Part shown: piece by piece, positions 24,348 to 32,000 of the stretch
Numbering within the stretch: position 1 is the stretch's first letter
Layout: each line of letters opens with the position of its first letter
NCBI GenBank assembly: GCA_043566505.1
Contig: CP121322.1
Location: forward strand, 2,194,353 to 2,226,352
DNA from: Luteolibacter sp.
Lineage (GTDB): Bacteria; Verrucomicrobiota; Verrucomicrobiia; Verrucomicrobiales; Akkermansiaceae
Direction of reading: 5' to 3'
DNA: 32,000 bases
Program-made: the position numbers and the translations under genes
The notes under the pieces: generated by a model
The model's database searches: none
Told to the model about the DNA's origin: nothing
What the model saw: only the letters and a program-made list of their open reading frames with translations

Positions 24348-25046
24348 ATGGCAAACATCTTTCCCCGCTGGTCCAATCTGCTGCCTTTTAAAATTGCCAT
24401 TTGCTTAGGAGCTGCAGGAGCAGGAGTCGCCCTTGCATTCGCCTATTACGCCACTCCAAAGGCCACTCGCGTTGGTTATCAACCGACTCAACCCATCCCA
24501 TTTTCTCACAAGATCCACGTTGATCAGCTCGGCTTGGATTGTCGCTATTGCCACTCATTTGCTGAGGTTTCCGGTCATTCCAACGTCCCGACAGGCAACA
24601 CATGTTGGAACTGTCACCAGCACGTTCAAACCAACAGCCCGAAGCTCGAGCCTCTTCATCGCTCGATGAACCCGCAGCATCCCGAGTATCACGGGAGCCC
24701 GATCGAATGGGTGCGGATCCACAAGTCGCCTGACTACGTTTATTTCAACCACTCCGCTCACTTGGCGCGCGGCATTTCTTGCCAGAGCTGCCACGGCGAC
24801 GTTCACAAGATGGAAGTGGTTTACCAAGCTGAGCCCCACTCGATGGCTTGGTGTTTGGACTGCCACCGCGCACCGGAGGATCATCTCCGTCCACTTGAGG
24901 AAGTTTTCAATTTTGAATACAGCGATGCCGATGTTGCGAAATACACCGACGACGAAGGCATCACCACCACCAAGGAGCTCGGCAAGAAACTCAGGGAGCA
25001 ATTCCACGTTCATCCGAAAACCAGCTGTGCCACCTGTCACCATTGA
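24348..25046 (+). CDS. actA: Alternative complex III subunit ActA (pentahaem cytochrome c)
   Basis: It has an N-terminal TM anchor and five CxxCH motifs (CRYCH, CWNCH, CQSCH, CLDCH, CATCH). It is the first gene of the actABCDEF order. Confidence 0.9.
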   Translation: MANIFPRWSNLLPFKIAICLGAAGAGVALAFAYYATPKATRVGYQPTQPIPFSHKIHVDQLGLDCRYCHSFAEVSGHSNVPTGNTCWNCHQHVQTNSPKLEPLHRSMNPQHPEYHGSPIEWVRIHKSPDYVYFNHSAHLARGISCQSCHGDVHKMEVVYQAEPHSMAWCLDCHRAPEDHLRPLEEVFNFEYSDADVAKYTDDEGITTTKELGKKLREQFHVHPKTSCATCHH

Positions 25047-25091
25047 TCGCCCCTTTCTACTCACCCATTTCCTAATCTCAGCAGTCCGAAC

Positions 25092-28000
25092 ATGAGCAAA
25101 CGCATTTTGCAGCACCCCGAGGTTCCTTCCGACGAAAACACCGTCGCCTGGCGCAGTGCAGGTCAACTTGAGGACACACCGGAATTCCGTGGTTGGCTGG
25201 ACCGTGAATTCCCACGTGCCGCCGCAGAACTTTCCAACGAAGGAGAAGTTGAAACTTCACGCCGTAGCTTCATGAAGCTGATGGGTGCATCGACAGCGCT
25301 CGCTGGTTTTGGCCTTGCTTCATGCCGCCGTCCTGAATCCTACATTGTTCCTTACACCGAGGCTCCAGAGTGGGTGATTCCGGGCAAAGCAACTTATTAC
25401 GCTTCCTCGATGCCACGTGCGGCTGGTGCGACACCATTGGTGGTGACCACCTTCGAAGGCCGCCCAACCAAGCTCGGCCCAAACAAATTGCATCCTGATG
25501 CGAGCGGTACTGACATCTTCGCTCAAGCATCGGTTCTCGACCTTTATTCTACCTCGCGCTCTCGCAAGATTCTCAAAAAAGGCAGCGCCGCCAAACGGGC
25601 TGATCTGGATGCGGCGATTGCTGGAATCGCAAAAAACAAAGACGCGAAGATTGGTTTCCTCTTTGGTGCCGACGATTGCCCAACGCGGATCGAGCTCAAC
25701 AACAAGCTCAAAGGCAAATTTGGTAACGCCAAGTTTTACCAATACGAAGCCCTCAGCCCGAAGAGCGCTGCAGGCGATGGCGTGAAACTCGTCGCGGACT
25801 TCGAGAAGGCCGATCGCATTTTGGCATTCGACTGCGACTTCGCATCGACCGACCCGCAAGGTCCCGTCACTCCTTTCTTCAATCGTCGTAAGCCAGAAGG
25901 CAAAGCCTACGACCTCAAGCCAGACGCTTCGAAAATGAACCGCCTCTATGCGGTTGAAGCAGCCTACTCGTTGACGGGTGGCATGGCAGATCACCGCTTG
26001 CGTGTTGCGCCAAGCCAAGTGGCAGTGATTGCTCAGGCAGTTGCAGCCGCGTTCAATGTGGTGAACGTCAAAGCTCCTTCCCTCAACGAGCATCAAGCCG
26101 AGTGGGTGGCAGCGATGGTTGCCGACCTCAAGAAGAGTGGTGGCAATTCACTCGTCCTTGCGGGATCTCGCCAAACTGCTGAGGTTCAAGGGCTTGCGTT
26201 AGCAATCAATAAAAAGCTCCAGAGCAAAGCGCTGCTCACGCTTCAAAGCGAAAACACAGGATTGGGCGATCTCGATGGTCTGATCACCGACATCAAAGCG
26301 GGCAATATCGACACCCTCGTGGTGGCGACTCCGTCGAATCCAATTTACGATGCGCCGGCCGATCTCGAGTTTGCGAAGGTCTTCGCATCCGTGCCGACCA
26401 CCATTCATCTTGGTGAGCGTGCTCATGCGACCGCATTGGCGTCCACTTGGCACATTCCAGCAGCTCATTACCTCGAGTCCTGGTCCGATGCTCGCACGGC
26501 TCGCGGCACCTACACTGTGGTGCAGCCGATGATTCTTCCACTCTACGACGACTGCGTTTCTGAGCTCGAATTGCTTCTCGCGCTTCTCTCCGATGAGGGC
26601 AAGTTGCTGAATGGCGAAGGTGAAGAAGGTGCGGCATCGCCAGCCTACACAGCGGTTCGCGAGACTTTTGCCATGAAGGGCGAAGCCGGGGACGCCGCTT
26701 GGAAACAATTGCTGCGCGACGGTTTCTATGCTGCTGACAAATACGAGGCGGTTGATGCCATCGCGACCATCCCAACGACCAGCACTCCAAAAGCACCGAC
26801 AGAGAAGTCGTTGGAAGTTATTTTCTCCACTGACGCCTCCGTTTACGATGGTCGTGGAATCGACAACTCCTGGTTGCAAGAAGCGCCTGATCCAGTCACC
26901 AAGCTGACTTGGGACAACGCTGCGTTGATCGCACCGAAGACAGCGAAGGCGCTCGGCATCTACGACAAGATTCTTGAAGTTGAGCCAGAAGGCAAAGCCC
27001 TCGGCTTTATTCCTATTGAAGGAAAGTTCACTGCTGTCGGTCCTGACGGCGAAGGTGAAAACCGCAAGTCGCCACTGATCGTGGTCGAAGTGAACGGCCA
27101 GAAGCTGAAGCTTCCTGTTTTGGTTTCATTCGGTCAGGCAGAAAACACCATCATCATTCCGCTCGGCTACGGCCAAGGATTCGACAAAGAGGACGAGCTC
27201 GGCCGCGAAGACAATCCGAACAACGTGGGTCTCGTCGGTGTGAACCGCGGATTCAATGCTTACCCGCTTCGGAAGGCTGCTAGTTCGTACTACGCCACTG
27301 GTGCAAAAGTTTCCGTCACCAACGAGCGCTACTCCATGGCTCTCACCCAAGAGCACAGCGCCATGTATGGTCGTGCACTTGCCCGTGAGGTTTCGACCAA
27401 CAAGGCCGGCAAAAAGGGGGAGTTTGATGAGCAGCTTGCGAAGGTTGCCAAGCAGGGCATGGACTCCCATGCGCCGCCGAATATTTATCAATACAAACCC
27501 GAAGGTTCATCCACTTGGGATCCAGACGAAGACGGCAATGCAAAGCCACTGATCAACGACAAGTTGCATCAATGGGGAATGTCCATCGACCTGACTTCCT
27601 GCATGGGGTGTTCTGCATGCTCGGTTGCGTGTCAGGCTGAAAACAACATTCCGGTCGTCGGTAAAGAGCAAGTCGCGAAAGGTCGCGAGATGCACTGGAT
27701 CCGCATGGACCGCTACTACGCCTCGCAAGAGCACGAGCTCGATAAAGACGGCTACAAAGTGAAGGACAAACAGACTGGCAAATACAACGAAGCGCCAGAA
27801 TGGGTCAGCGATAACCCATCCCTCATTCCTCAGCCTGTGGCATGTGTGCAATGTGAATCAGCACCGTGTGAAACCGTTTGCCCAGTGAACGCCACCGTTC
27901 ACACAGAAGATGGCCTCAACGCCATGGCCTACAACCGCTGCATCGGTACTCGTTACTGCGCAAACAACTGTCCTTACAAAGCACGTCGATTCAACTTCTT

Positions 28001-28505
28001 TGATTACAACAAGCGCAACCCGCTGATTGCTCACAACCTCGAGCGCGGACCACTCGGTCAGAAAGATCAGGGCGGCGCGGATCACTTGCAGAAGAACCCG
28101 AACGTGACGGTTCGTATGCGTGGTGTGATGGAAAAATGCACTTACTGTGTGCAGCGCCTCAAGGACGCCGTCATTCGCCAGAAGCGTGGTCAGAAACAAG
28201 AGATGCTTGTTGCTGGCAAGAAGTCCTCCGAAATGGAAGTCACCAAAAGCACCCTGCGTATCCCGGTCGACTCCGTTAAAACCGCCTGTCAGGAAGCATG
28301 TCCTGCAGAGGCCATCACCTTCGGCAACCTTCTCGATAAGGAAAAATCCACGATGTATCGCAGCAAGCACATCGAGCGGAATTACGATCTTCTCAACTAT
28401 GTCGGAACTCGTCCGCGCACCAGTTACTTGGCGCGCGTTAAGAACCCGAACAAAGCCATGCCTGATGCACAATACATCGGCAAGGCGACCATCAATATGG
28501 CTTAA
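25092..28505 (+). CDS. actB: Alternative complex III subunit ActB (molybdopterin-oxidoreductase-like domain fused to Fe-S domain, Tat signal)
   Basis: The 1137-aa protein has the twin-arginine motif SRRSFMKLMGAS. A large MopB-like N-terminal half is followed by a ferredoxin-like half with Cys clusters (CMGCSACSVAC, CVQCESAPCETVCP, CIGTRYCANNCP, CTYC, CQEACP). Confidence 0.92.
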   Translation: MSKRILQHPEVPSDENTVAWRSAGQLEDTPEFRGWLDREFPRAAAELSNEGEVETSRRSFMKLMGASTALAGFGLASCRRPESYIVPYTEAPEWVIPGKATYYASSMPRAAGATPLVVTTFEGRPTKLGPNKLHPDASGTDIFAQASVLDLYSTSRSRKILKKGSAAKRADLDAAIAGIAKNKDAKIGFLFGADDCPTRIELNNKLKGKFGNAKFYQYEALSPKSAAGDGVKLVADFEKADRILAFDCDFASTDPQGPVTPFFNRRKPEGKAYDLKPDASKMNRLYAVEAAYSLTGGMADHRLRVAPSQVAVIAQAVAAAFNVVNVKAPSLNEHQAEWVAAMVADLKKSGGNSLVLAGSRQTAEVQGLALAINKKLQSKALLTLQSENTGLGDLDGLITDIKAGNIDTLVVATPSNPIYDAPADLEFAKVFASVPTTIHLGERAHATALASTWHIPAAHYLESWSDARTARGTYTVVQPMILPLYDDCVSELELLLALLSDEGKLLNGEGEEGAASPAYTAVRETFAMKGEAGDAAWKQLLRDGFYAADKYEAVDAIATIPTTSTPKAPTEKSLEVIFSTDASVYDGRGIDNSWLQEAPDPVTKLTWDNAALIAPKTAKALGIYDKILEVEPEGKALGFIPIEGKFTAVGPDGEGENRKSPLIVVEVNGQKLKLPVLVSFGQAENTIIIPLGYGQGFDKEDELGREDNPNNVGLVGVNRGFNAYPLRKAASSYYATGAKVSVTNERYSMALTQEHSAMYGRALAREVSTNKAGKKGEFDEQLAKVAKQGMDSHAPPNIYQYKPEGSSTWDPDEDGNAKPLINDKLHQWGMSIDLTSCMGCSACSVACQAENNIPVVGKEQVAKGREMHWIRMDRYYASQEHELDKDGYKVKDKQTGKYNEAPEWVSDNPSLIPQPVACVQCESAPCETVCPVNATVHTEDGLNAMAYNRCIGTRYCANNCPYKARRFNFFDYNKRNPLIAHNLERGPLGQKDQGGADHLQKNPNVTVRMRGVMEKCTYCVQRLKDAVIRQKRGQKQEMLVAGKKSSEMEVTKSTLRIPVDSVKTACQEACPAEAITFGNLLDKEKSTMYRSKHIERNYDLLNYVGTRPRTSYLARVKNPNKAMPDAQYIGKATINMA

Positions 28506-28545
28506 CTCGAGCCCTGAATTTACCCTCTAGCATCTGACCTTCACC

Positions 28546-30024
28546 ATGGCATCCACCACAGAGACCGCTCCAGCATCGCAAACGGAAGTTAAACTTCCCG
28601 TGCTTGAGCGTGAGCAACTCGTTCTCCAAGGCCGCTCCTATCATTGGATCACCGAGCGTATCTGCGGAGTTGTTGAAAACCGTCAGCCGCTGTTGTGGTG
28701 GTTGCTCTTCATTCCATCGGCATTGATCGCAGCGATTGGTGTTGGCGGTGGTTTGTTCCACCTCGTTTCGACGGGTGTTGGCGTATGGGGCAACACCAAC
28801 CGCGTGATGTGGGGATGGCCGATCGTGAACTTCGTTTTCTGGATTGGTATTGGTCACGCCGGAACGTTGATTTCAGCAATTCTATTCCTGACGCGACAAA
28901 ACTGGCGGACCTCGATTAACCGAGCGGCAGAAGCCATGACCATTTTCGCGGTGATGTGCGCGGGTATTTTCCCAGCCTTCCACGTCGGTCGCGTTTGGTT
29001 CGCGTGGTTCTTGGCACCCGTGCCGAATGCCAATGCTGTTTGGCAGAACTTCAAGTCGCCACTTCTCTGGGACGTCTTCGCGGTTTCGACTTACTTCACC
29101 GTTTCATTGATCTTCTGGTATCTTGGTATGGTTCCCGACCTCGCGACGATTCGCGACCGTTGTAAGCCAGGTCTTCGCAAGATTCTCTACGGCATTTTCT
29201 CCCTTGGTTGGCGCGGTGGTAACCGTCAGTGGAGCCACTACGAGATGGCTTACTTGTTGCTCGCAGCGCTTTCCACACCGCTCGTTCTTTCCGTTCACTC
29301 CGTCGTGTCGTTCGACTTCGCGACCTCCGTTGTTCCGGGTTGGCACACCACCATCTTCCCACCGTATTTCGTGGCGGGTGCGATCTTCGGTGGTTTCGCG
29401 ATGGTGCTGACCATCATGATTCCAGCTCGCTTCATCTACGGTCTTCAGGATTTGATCACGATGAAGCACATCGACAACATGGCGAAGATCATCCTGCTGA
29501 CCGGCACGATCGTCGGTTACGCCTACTTGATGGAGTTGTTCGTCGCGTTCTACTCCGGTGCGCTTTATGAAATGGCGGCCTTCAAATACCGCATCGCCGG
29601 TCCTTATTGGTGGGCGTACGCCTTGATGATGTCACTCAATGTAATTTCACCTCAGTTCTTCTGGTTCAAGAAATGCCGCGAAAACCTCTGGGTTGTGATG
29701 GCGATCGCGATGTGCGTGAACGTCGGTATGTGGTTCGAGCGCTTCGTGATCATTGTGACCACCTTGGCGCGCATGTGGCTGCCAGGTGACTGGAAAACTT
29801 TCTCGCCATCGGCGCAGGACCAAATGTTGTTCGTTGGCACCATCGGCATGTTCATTGCACTCTTCATGTTGTTCCTGCGCTTCTTGCCATGTATCAACAT
29901 TGCGGAGGTCAAGTGGACGAAGGTCGAATCCGATCCGCACTTTGAAGATATTGAAAGTCATCCTGACGAAGGCACAGCGGTGGAAGCTGCTTACCAGAAA
30001 GAACTGGCTGAGACCCAAAGCTGA
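28546..30024 (+). CDS. actC: Alternative complex III subunit ActC (NrfD/PsrC-like quinol-interacting membrane subunit)
   Basis: The 492-aa polytopic membrane protein has NrfD-family features ([23 protein letters not shown]...). It occupies the expected position after actB. Confidence 0.9.
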   Translation: MASTTETAPASQTEVKLPVLEREQLVLQGRSYHWITERICGVVENRQPLLWWLLFIPSALIAAIGVGGGLFHLVSTGVGVWGNTNRVMWGWPIVNFVFWIGIGHAGTLISAILFLTRQNWRTSINRAAEAMTIFAVMCAGIFPAFHVGRVWFAWFLAPVPNANAVWQNFKSPLLWDVFAVSTYFTVSLIFWYLGMVPDLATIRDRCKPGLRKILYGIFSLGWRGGNRQWSHYEMAYLLLAALSTPLVLSVHSVVSFDFATSVVPGWHTTIFPPYFVAGAIFGGFAMVLTIMIPARFIYGLQDLITMKHIDNMAKIILLTGTIVGYAYLMELFVAFYSGALYEMAAFKYRIAGPYWWAYALMMSLNVISPQFFWFKKCRENLWVVMAIAMCVNVGMWFERFVIIVTTLARMWLPGDWKTFSPSAQDQMLFVGTIGMFIALFMLFLRFLPCINIAEVKWTKVESDPHFEDIESHPDEGTAVEAAYQKELAETQS

Positions 30025-30059
30025 TACGCTGATAATTTTAAACTGAAAAACATTTCCAA

Positions 30060-30617
30060 GTGAGCACAACACGCAAACGAGTATACGGTTACCTAGCCGA
30101 GTTCAAAAGCGCCTCCGCCCTTTACAAGGCAGCGGAGAAGGTTCGCGACGCCGGTTTCAAGAAGTGGGATTGCTATTCGCCCTATCCGATCCACGGCTTG
30201 GACGGAGCGATGGGCTTGAAGCGTTCGATCCTACCATGGTTCGTCTTCTTCGGTGGCATCACCGGAACCGCTACCGCATTTGCTTTGGCTTATTCGACTC
30301 AGGTCGTGATTTACCCAACCATCGTTCAGGCAAAACCCGCGAACATCTTCACCGTTCCAGCATTCTTCCCAGTCATGTTTGAGCTGACGATTTTGTTCTC
30401 TGGCTTCACTGTCTTGTTTGGCTTGCTCGCTTTGATGCAATTGCCTCGTTTGAATCATCCATTGTTTGCCAGTAAGCAATTCCACCGTGCGACCGATGAT
30501 GGATTCTTCATCGCGATCGAAGCACGCGACACCAACTTTAGTCCTGACAAAACCCGCGATCTGCTTGCAGAGATTGGCGGAGACAACATCGAACTCGTCG
30601 AAGAAGAGGATGCCTGA
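30060..30617 (+). CDS. actD: Alternative complex III subunit ActD (DUF3341 membrane protein)
   Basis: It has a GTG start. VYGYLAEFKSASALYKAAEKVRDAGFKKWDCYSPYPIHGLDGAMG is the typical ActD N-terminal domain, and two TM helices follow. Confidence 0.85.
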   Translation: MSTTRKRVYGYLAEFKSASALYKAAEKVRDAGFKKWDCYSPYPIHGLDGAMGLKRSILPWFVFFGGITGTATAFALAYSTQVVIYPTIVQAKPANIFTVPAFFPVMFELTILFSGFTVLFGLLALMQLPRLNHPLFASKQFHRATDDGFFIAIEARDTNFSPDKTRDLLAEIGGDNIELVEEEDA

Positions 30618-30620
30618 GGG

Positions 30621-30656
30621 CAAATGCTGAAACGCTGAAATTTGAAATTCTGAAAT
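30621..30656. repeat. CTGAAA-rich short dispersed repeat, copy B (partner at 17901-17936)
   Basis: CAAATGCTGAAACGCTGAAATTTGAAATTCTGAAAT lies in the actD-actE spacer. See copy A. Confidence 0.7.
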
Positions 30657-30666
30657 CTATCATCCC

Positions 30667-31317
30667 ATGCGCTATTTCTTTCTCGCTTACGCTCTGATCG
30701 CGTTGCTCGTCGTCGGTATTCTCGGCGTTCGAGGTCAGAAGTTTTCCAAGCCACCCATCCGGATTTTCCCGGACATGGATGAGCAGGATAAACTTCGTGC
30801 CCAGAAGCCCACTTCGTTCTTTGCGGACGGTCAAGGGGGGCGTTTGCCAGTGGATCAGACTCAAGCGCGTGGATTCAACCCTGATGGCAAGCGCGAGATG
30901 GGTGGAATTCCAGAGTACGAATTTAGCGGGCTAACCGGTTACTATTACACGGGTGCAGTCGGCGATTACTACGGCAACGGGATGCCGCTCGAGCTCGACC
31001 TCACCGCTGAGAATGCTGAGGGGTTCATCCGTCATGGTGAAGAGCGTTACGGGATCTACTGCGCGGTATGCCACGGTGATTCGGGCAACGGCAACGGCAT
31101 CACCAACCGTTATGGCGTTCCAGTTGCTGGTAACCAAAATGCCAAACTCAATGCAATCTCACAAGAGACCTATCCAGACGGACGGCTCTTCGACGTCATC
31201 ACTCACGGCAAAGGTTTGATGGGTGGTTATGGTGCCAACATTCCGATTCGGGATCGCTGGTCCATCATTGCCTACATCCATACGCTCCAAGCCGCAAAAG
31301 CCTCTTCCTCCAAATAA
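30667..31317 (+). CDS. actE: Alternative complex III subunit ActE (monohaem cytochrome c)
   Basis: It has an N-terminal TM or signal anchor and a single CAVCH haem motif, with downstream GLMGGYG. Confidence 0.85.
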   Translation: MRYFFLAYALIALLVVGILGVRGQKFSKPPIRIFPDMDEQDKLRAQKPTSFFADGQGGRLPVDQTQARGFNPDGKREMGGIPEYEFSGLTGYYYTGAVGDYYGNGMPLELDLTAENAEGFIRHGEERYGIYCAVCHGDSGNGNGITNRYGVPVAGNQNAKLNAISQETYPDGRLFDVITHGKGLMGGYGANIPIRDRWSIIAYIHTLQAAKASSSK

Positions 31318-31329
31318 ACCTCTCACGAC

Positions 31330-32000
31330 ATGGGACACCATCACGTCACTTCCTCTGATATCGCAATCAACGGCGACCACCTCGACAACAGCAAAGTCGC
31401 CAAGGTGAAGCTCATCGCGTTGGTGATTGCGGCTGTCGGCACCATCGCCAGTATCTATCTCTTGTTCTGGGGGCCTCAGCCTGACCCCAGCAAGGAAATC
31501 CCAGCGAATGGTGTTACCCAAGGCTCTTACGCCTACTCCTGGTTGTTTGCCTTTTACTTCTTCCTGACGCTTTCCATTGGTGGTTGTTTCTGGACCTTGC
31601 TTCACAACGTCTCCAATTCGGGGTGGGGGACCTCGGTTCGCCGCACCTTCGAGAATCTCGGTTCGACCTATCCATGGATGTGCTTGTTTGGTCTGCCACT
31701 GCTATTCCCGGAAGTTCAGCAATTCCTGTATGAGTGGATGAACATCCATCGTGATAAGCCAGCTGGTGAGTCCATGAAGGAATACCTTCATCACACCGAC
31801 CACCTCCTCTACTACAAAGAATGGTTCATGAACTTGCCTTTCTGGTATGGCCGCGTGATCTTCTGGGCGGTCGGTTTGAGTGCGGTGATCTACTTTCTTC
31901 GTAAGCTTTCCACCAACCAAGACACCGATCCAAATCCGGGAACCAAACGCTTGTTTAGAGCGCGTTTTAATTCGACTTACACGCTCATCATCTTCGCGCT
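31330..32000 (+). CDS. actF: Alternative complex III subunit ActF (second NrfD-like membrane subunit), 3' end outside the window
   Basis: This ORF is not in the supplied track because it has no stop in the window. My own translation from the ATG at 31330 gives MGHHHVTSSDIAINGDHLDNSKVAKVKLIALVIAAVGTIASIYLLFWG...SYAYSWLFAFYFFLTLSIGGCFWTLLHNVSNSGWGTSVRR...FWYGRVIFWAVGLSAVIYFLRKL. It is open to nt 32000, hydrophobic, and in the expected position. Confidence 0.8.
   Translation, partial: MGHHHVTSSDIAINGDHLDNSKVAKVKLIALVIAAVGTIASIYLLFWGPQPDPSKEIPANGVTQGSYAYSWLFAFYFFLTLSIGGCFWTLLHNVSNSGWGTSVRRTFENLGSTYPWMCLFGLPLLFPEVQQFLYEWMNIHRDKPAGESMKEYLHHTDHLLYYKEWFMNLPFWYGRVIFWAVGLSAVIYFLRKLSTNQDTDPNPGTKRLFRARFNSTYTLIIFA

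Noticed and set aside
24176-24400. 74-aa (-) and 61-aa (+, 24206..24391) ORFs in the region upstream of actA
   Set aside because: They overlap each other and the actA start and have no motifs. The region is more plausibly the act promoter and 5' UTR.
24555-28472. Series of long minus-strand ORFs (24555..25166, 25320..26096, 26199..26879, 27858..28472)
   Set aside because: All lie antisense to actA or actB, whose plus-strand translations carry haem, Tat and Fe-S motifs. There is no independent support.
1-32000. Looked for CRISPR arrays, IS elements or transposases, prophage genes, toxin-antitoxin pairs and restriction-modification or other defence genes
   Set aside because: None was seen. 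No regularly spaced repeats occur, and no ORF has transposase, integrase, nuclease-helicase or defence-type motifs. The only repeats are the short ones reported above.

Overview
This window reads as ordinary chromosomal DNA from a moderately GC-rich Gram-negative bacterium. The gene content suggests the PVC group or Verrucomicrobiota: alternative complex III, a lipoprotein sulfatase, a Ser/Thr kinase with HEAT-like repeats, and MenG/UbiE. That placement is inference, not a search result. I support 32 protein-coding genes (two cut by the window edges) and one tRNA. Left to right they are: an EF-hand protein 3' end; the conserved minus-strand tgt-yajC-secDF operon ending at a bidirectional terminator; tilS coupled to a zinc-ribbon membrane protein; an RlmI-like methyltransferase; a secreted dienelactone hydrolase; a membrane Ser/Thr kinase; a NifS-like cysteine desulfurase; an HExxH membrane protein; tRNA-Gln(UUG); an NdpA-like protein; and a Cys-type sulfatase. 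A seven-gene minus-strand string follows: DEDDh exonuclease, mntR, ubiE/menG, cca, a tandem AsnC-like protein, a stand-alone OmpR-type wHTH, and a PhoR-like kinase. After that come a TPMT-family methyltransferase, two HtrA-like proteins, a small membrane protein, and the alternative complex III operon actABCDEF, with actF running off the end. I found no CRISPR array, transposase, integrase, phage, toxin-antitoxin or restriction genes, and no clear defence island or obviously novel multi-gene system. The best candidates for follow-up are: (1) a receiver-less PhoB-like effector domain coupled between an apparently truncated AsnC/AhbAB-like protein and a histidine kinase; (2) an active HtrA-like protease overlapping a catalytically dead paralogue that has a PDZ domain nested inside the protease fold; (3) a Tgt whose canonical CxCxxC zinc motif reads CESAHPH; (4) a short CTGAAA-rich repeat shared by two distant intergenic spacers. 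All domain calls come from reading the supplied translations by eye; no searches were run.
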